Source of the DNA: Sedimentisphaerales bacterium
GTDB lineage: Bacteria > Planctomycetota > Phycisphaerae > Sedimentisphaerales > SM23-30
Reading direction: 5' to 3'
Length of the DNA: 64,000 bases
NCBI GenBank assembly: GCA_963663805.2
Contig: CAXXMR010000009.1
Location: 160,001-224,000, forward strand
Shown: piece after piece, positions 60,253 to 64,000 of the stretch
How the letters are laid out: each line of letters starts with the position of its first letter
How positions within the stretch are numbered: position 1 is the first letter of the stretch
Notes under the pieces: generated by a model
Database searches by the model: none
What the model saw: the letters and a program-made list of their open reading frames with translations, nothing else
What the model was told of the DNA's origin: nothing
Program-made: the position numbers and the translations under genes

Positions 60253-61284
60253 CTAAGGTCGTCCCACGCACCCGCAAGACTCCCGCACAATCAATCGTGC
60301 CTTCAGAATTACCTTCGCCGGCTCCATCTCGGCATCCGACATCCGGTTCATTATCATCCGTACCGCGCTGCGACCGATTTCCTCCATCGGTATCCGCATC
60401 GACGAAAGTTTCAGCCGCCGCCGTATCGCGATATAAGAATCATCAAACCCGATAACCCCAACCTGGCCCGGCACATTGATTCCCATATCAACCAACGCAT
60501 CAATCACCCCGCAGGCAATGTCATCATTACCCGCCACAATCCCGCACTGTTCACCCGGTTCAATCAAATGAGCAATCTTATCTTTGACCAGACTGTATCC
60601 CGCGTCATAGCTGTAGTCGCCATAGAATTGCCGGTTCCGGCTGTTCATCCCCGCCACTTTAAGGGCTTCAGCGAACCCCTGAGCCCGGTCGGTACTATCC
60701 ACGTTATTCTCCGAGCCGCCCACATAGAACAAACTCCGTGCCCCATGCACATCAATAAAATGCCGTGTCGCCTCAAATGCCCCCATGCGGTTATCAACCA
60801 GAATATTATCGAGCCGACGATAATGAACATCCTGGTCCAGAATCACCAGCGGACCACTACCATGGTCGATCGCTTCAAACACATTATCACGCAGCTCATC
60901 CAGCATGAGAATCAGCCCATCCGTACGCCCGCCCGAACGAAGCCGTCGAATAGCCTCGATTTTCGCCTTGGCACCTTTGGCCTTCAATACCATCAGATGT
61001 ACGCCATTGCTCTCGGCCTCCTGATGAGCGCCTTCCATCAGCATCGAAAAATACTGACCCTGAAAATCTGGCACCACCAGTCCAATCGTATCAGTACGCT
61101 TCTTGCTCAATGCCTGAGCTCGACTGTTTGGTTGAAAGTTCAGGTCACGAATAGCTATTTCAACCCGGCGGCGCGTATCAGGCGCCACCCGACCCAGCCG
61201 GTTCACTACCCGCGACACCGTGGAAATCGAAACCCCCGCAGCCTTGGCAACATTATGGATGGTAATATTACTGTCGCTATTCAT
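60253..61284 (-). CDS. LacI-family transcriptional regulator
   Basis: TIHNVAKAAGVSISTVSRV, FQPNSRAQAL, VPGQVGVIGFDD, VRESCG. Confidence 0.93.
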   Translation of the reverse strand: MNSDSNITIHNVAKAAGVSISTVSRVVNRLGRVAPDTRRRVEIAIRDLNFQPNSRAQALSKKRTDTIGLVVPDFQGQYFSMLMEGAHQEAESNGVHLMVLKAKGAKAKIEAIRRLRSGGRTDGLILMLDELRDNVFEAIDHGSGPLVILDQDVHYRRLDNILVDNRMGAFEATRHFIDVHGARSLFYVGGSENNVDSTDRAQGFAEALKVAGMNSRNRQFYGDYSYDAGYSLVKDKIAHLIEPGEQCGIVAGNDDIACGVIDALVDMGINVPGQVGVIGFDDSYIAIRRRLKLSSMRIPMEEIGRSAVRMIMNRMSDAEMEPAKVILKARLIVRESCGCVGRP

Positions 61285-61345
61285 CTAAAACACCTCAGAT
61301 TCATCGAAACATCCTATGGCAGACAATATATCGTTCATACTCCAT

Positions 61346-61592
61346 AAAAAACGCTTTTACCTGTTTTCATTGCAAATGTCAAGCTAATTTTCACAAACTA
61401 AACCGTTTTTCTTTATCTTACCAAAGTTATATACCAATAAAAAATTCAAAAATAACAGAGATTGAACCTGTTGTTTTGTGTAAACTGCTATTGATAAAAT
61501 AGTTATATACAAATCGCTCTACCGGCGTTTTTTTGCTCTTGACTTGAATCCTGATTTTCGACATAGTAGCCATCTGTGAAAACGCTTTTATT
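61346..61592. promoter_or_regulatory. Divergent promoter region with two LacI-type operators
   Basis: AAAACGCTTTTA at 61348-61359; TGAAAACGCTTTTA at 61577-61590; minus-strand TTGACA at 61382-61377; plus-strand TTGACT(61539)-17-CATAGT(61562). Confidence 0.7.
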
Positions 61593-61621
61593 TTTGCTTG
61601 TGAAACTTGGAGCAGTCTCAA

Positions 61622-64000
61622 ATGAAAATTTCAAATTATTTTCTTTTAATACTTGCGGCATTAACCTCAAACGCCTTGTCTCTCACCATCACCGCCAGTT
61701 CCGGCCAGGGCACCTACAACGCGTCCTACGCCCTTGATGCCAAGATGGACACCCGCTGGGCCAGTGAGTCTTCGGACGACCAATGGCTCCAGATTATCTT
61801 CGGCCAGCCCCGCGAGATTGTCGGACTAAACATCCATTGGGAAACCGCCTATGGCCGCGATTACGATATTCAACTGCTCACCCCCGACGGCAAATGGACA
61901 AATGTCAACAAAACCCGCAACTCAGACGGCGGCATCGACGCCATATATTTCGGCCTGCGAAATGCCGCCGGTCTGAAACTCATCGGACTCAAAAGAGGAA
62001 CCGGCTGGGGCTACTCAATATGGGATATCGACCTGCTCGGCAAAGAAGCTCAACGCACCGCTCAGGCATCCTCCCAAACCCCCGAAAACCCCGCCAATCT
62101 GGTAATGGACGGTCTGAAAGAAACCTTCTGGAAATCAAACCCGACCCCGAACCAGCAAACTTCACTGGAACTGACCTCGCCCCAACCCATCGACATCGGC
62201 GGACTAAGCATACAATGGGCCCAGCAGCACTCCGCCCCCTGCCAAATCCAATCTTTCGATAGCGATAGTGAAAAATGGCTAACCATCACCAACAAAAAAG
62301 CCGGCGTCTCCAACGCTGAGGACATTTTCTTCAAAACCACCAATACCAGCCGCATCCGCCTCGCTCTTCCCTCAGAACCTCAAAGATCCTGTCGCCATCG
62401 CCGAAGTACAGTTCAAACAGCCTTCAGAATCATGGACACCAACCCGCCATTTTGAAATGCTCGCCCAGCGCCTGCCCGATGGAACCCTGCCCGGCTGGCT
62501 CAAAAGAGTACAGACCTTCTGGACCGTTACCGGACTGCCCGGCAGCTTCAACGAATCACTCCTAGACGAATACGGCAAAATAGAATCAGGTCTGCGCAAC
62601 TTCTCCGCTACGGCGACCCTGATAGTAAACGGCCAAACCTTAACTGCCCAAAACTTCACTCAAACCCAGTCTCTCATGCAAAATTGGGCGCCCATCCCCT
62701 CCGTAAAATTGACCCGCGAAAATCTCACTCTGACCATAACCGCTAATACAATAGAACCAGATACCACCATCGTTCTTTACGAACTAACCAGCACCACCGA
62801 CCAGAAACAGGACATCTCCCTATTGCTTTCCGTCAGACCATTGCCCATAAATCCACCCTGGCAGCACGGCGGATACGTTCAGATAAATTCCGCCCAGTGG
62901 TTCCCCGATAGCAACACCATGCAATGGAACGGAAATAACGTACTGACCGTAACGCCCGCCCCCGATTTCGCCGCTGTTCACCTCCAGCAGCCCCTTACCG
63001 AACCCGTAGACATCAGCGAAATCCTCACCGCTCGTACAGCCCTGCCCAACAATCAGGAAACCACCGACAGCATTATCACCGCCGGCCTGCGCTACGATTA
63101 CCAGCTCAAACCAAACGAAACCAAAACCATCCTCGCTATTTACCCCAACCAGCCCAACACCGACATTCCTGTCCCCAATAATCCCGCCGATTTTTTCAAT
63201 CGGCAAAAACAAAAATCCTTCGCCCAATGGCAAAAATGGATAGGCAACTGGAACATCGAACTGCCCGAAGATACTTTCGTCAACCTCATCCGTTCCAACC
63301 TCGCCTACCTGCTCATCAACGCCGACGGACCCGCTACCCAGCCCGGCTCACGAAACTACAACAGTTCCTGGATTCGCGATGGTGCCATCAGTGCCACCGC
63401 TCTGATTCGTTTTGGTGTCAACGACCAGGTCACTCAATACATTAACTGGTTTACTGACCTTATCAAAGATGATGGTTTCGTACCGTTCCTTGTCCATACC
63501 AAAACCGGCGAAATGGAATGGTTCGCCCAGCCCTGGCACGAACACGACTCATTTGGCGAATACATTTTTCTGCTTCGTCAAATCGTGGAAATCACCGATG
63601 ACCTCGACCTCGCCCGCCGCTGCTGGCCCAAAGCCCGCGCCGCCCTCAAATACATGGAAAATCTCATCGACACTCGCCGCACCGACCAGTACAGAGATAC
63701 CGAATTCTACGGAATCCTGCCCGAATCCAACAGTCACGAAGGCTATTTTCCCGGCCGACACAGCTACTGGGACGATTTCTTCGCCCTGAAAGGCCTCCAG
63801 GATGCCCAGGCCCTTGCCCTTAAAATCGACGAAAAACAAGATGCCCAATGGCTCAAAGATTTTGAAATCCGTTTCCGCACCGACCTTCTGGCCTCCATCC
63901 AAAAGGTGCGCCAAAAACACAATATCGCATACCTACCCGGCTGTGCCGAACTTGGCGACCTGGACCCCACCTCAACTTCCATCGGCATAATGATTGCCGA
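61622..64000 (+). CDS. Secreted 2x discoidin(F5/8) + (alpha/alpha)6 glycoside-hydrolase-like protein; one-base frameshift near 62370; runs off the window
   Basis: Removing one C at 62369-62371 joins RIRLALP to QNLKDPVAIAEVQF. That frame continues to base 64000 with QPGSRNYNSSWIRDG, EHDSFGE, ILPESNSHEGY, HSYWDDFF and DPTST. It is missing from the ORF track because it has no stop. Confidence 0.8.

Noticed and set aside
5141..61347. Long antisense ORFs (e.g. 5141-5923, 6163-7068, 13907-14785, 25847-26836, 58882-59772, 60568-61347)
   Set aside because: They shadow well-supported genes on the opposite strand and have no protein-family motifs.

Overview
A gene-dense carbohydrate-utilisation region. 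The prepilin-type (DUF1559-like), PEP-CTERM and dockerin-like proteins suggest a Planctomycetota (Phycisphaerae/Sedimentisphaerales-like) genome; this is an inference. From left to right there are five blocks. (1) 1-20.2 kb, + strand: Zn-dehydrogenase, UlaG-like hydrolase and Na+/solute symporter, then a beta-mannan/mannoside locus with a beta-propeller GH + ADP-ribosylglycohydrolase fusion, a GH5+GH113 double mannanase, a secreted dockerin-LamG-discoidin-GATase, a class III aminotransferase, a second symporter, a sugar ABC transporter, a GH130 phosphorylase and an SDR. (2) 20.2-24.7 kb, a decayed mobile patch: IS66 remnant, 3' half of tRNA-Gly(TCC) resembling an att site, AAA/DUF4143 ATPases, and an IS630 derivative with a nested IS200. 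(3) 24.7-39.7 kb, - strand, a ribose/nucleoside-type locus: LacI and XylR regulators, a BASS transporter-kinase fusion, an aldolase, a prepilin-like gene, two beta-helix dockerin proteins, a secreted nucleoside hydrolase, a GH-like protein and ribokinase. (4) IS4 and IS1634 elements. (5) 43.2-64 kb, a LacI-controlled beta-1,2-glucan locus: three GH144-like glucanases (one frameshifted), a GH94 1,2-beta-oligoglucan phosphorylase, an MFS transporter, prepilin/PEP-CTERM/dockerin proteins, and a frameshifted discoidin + (alpha/alpha)6 GH that runs off the window. The most notable pattern is a recurring cassette of a pilin-like gene, then non-catalytic anchored proteins, a stem-loop, then enzymes. 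It may be a non-SusCD glycan capture system. All family calls come from motif recognition by eye; no searches were run.
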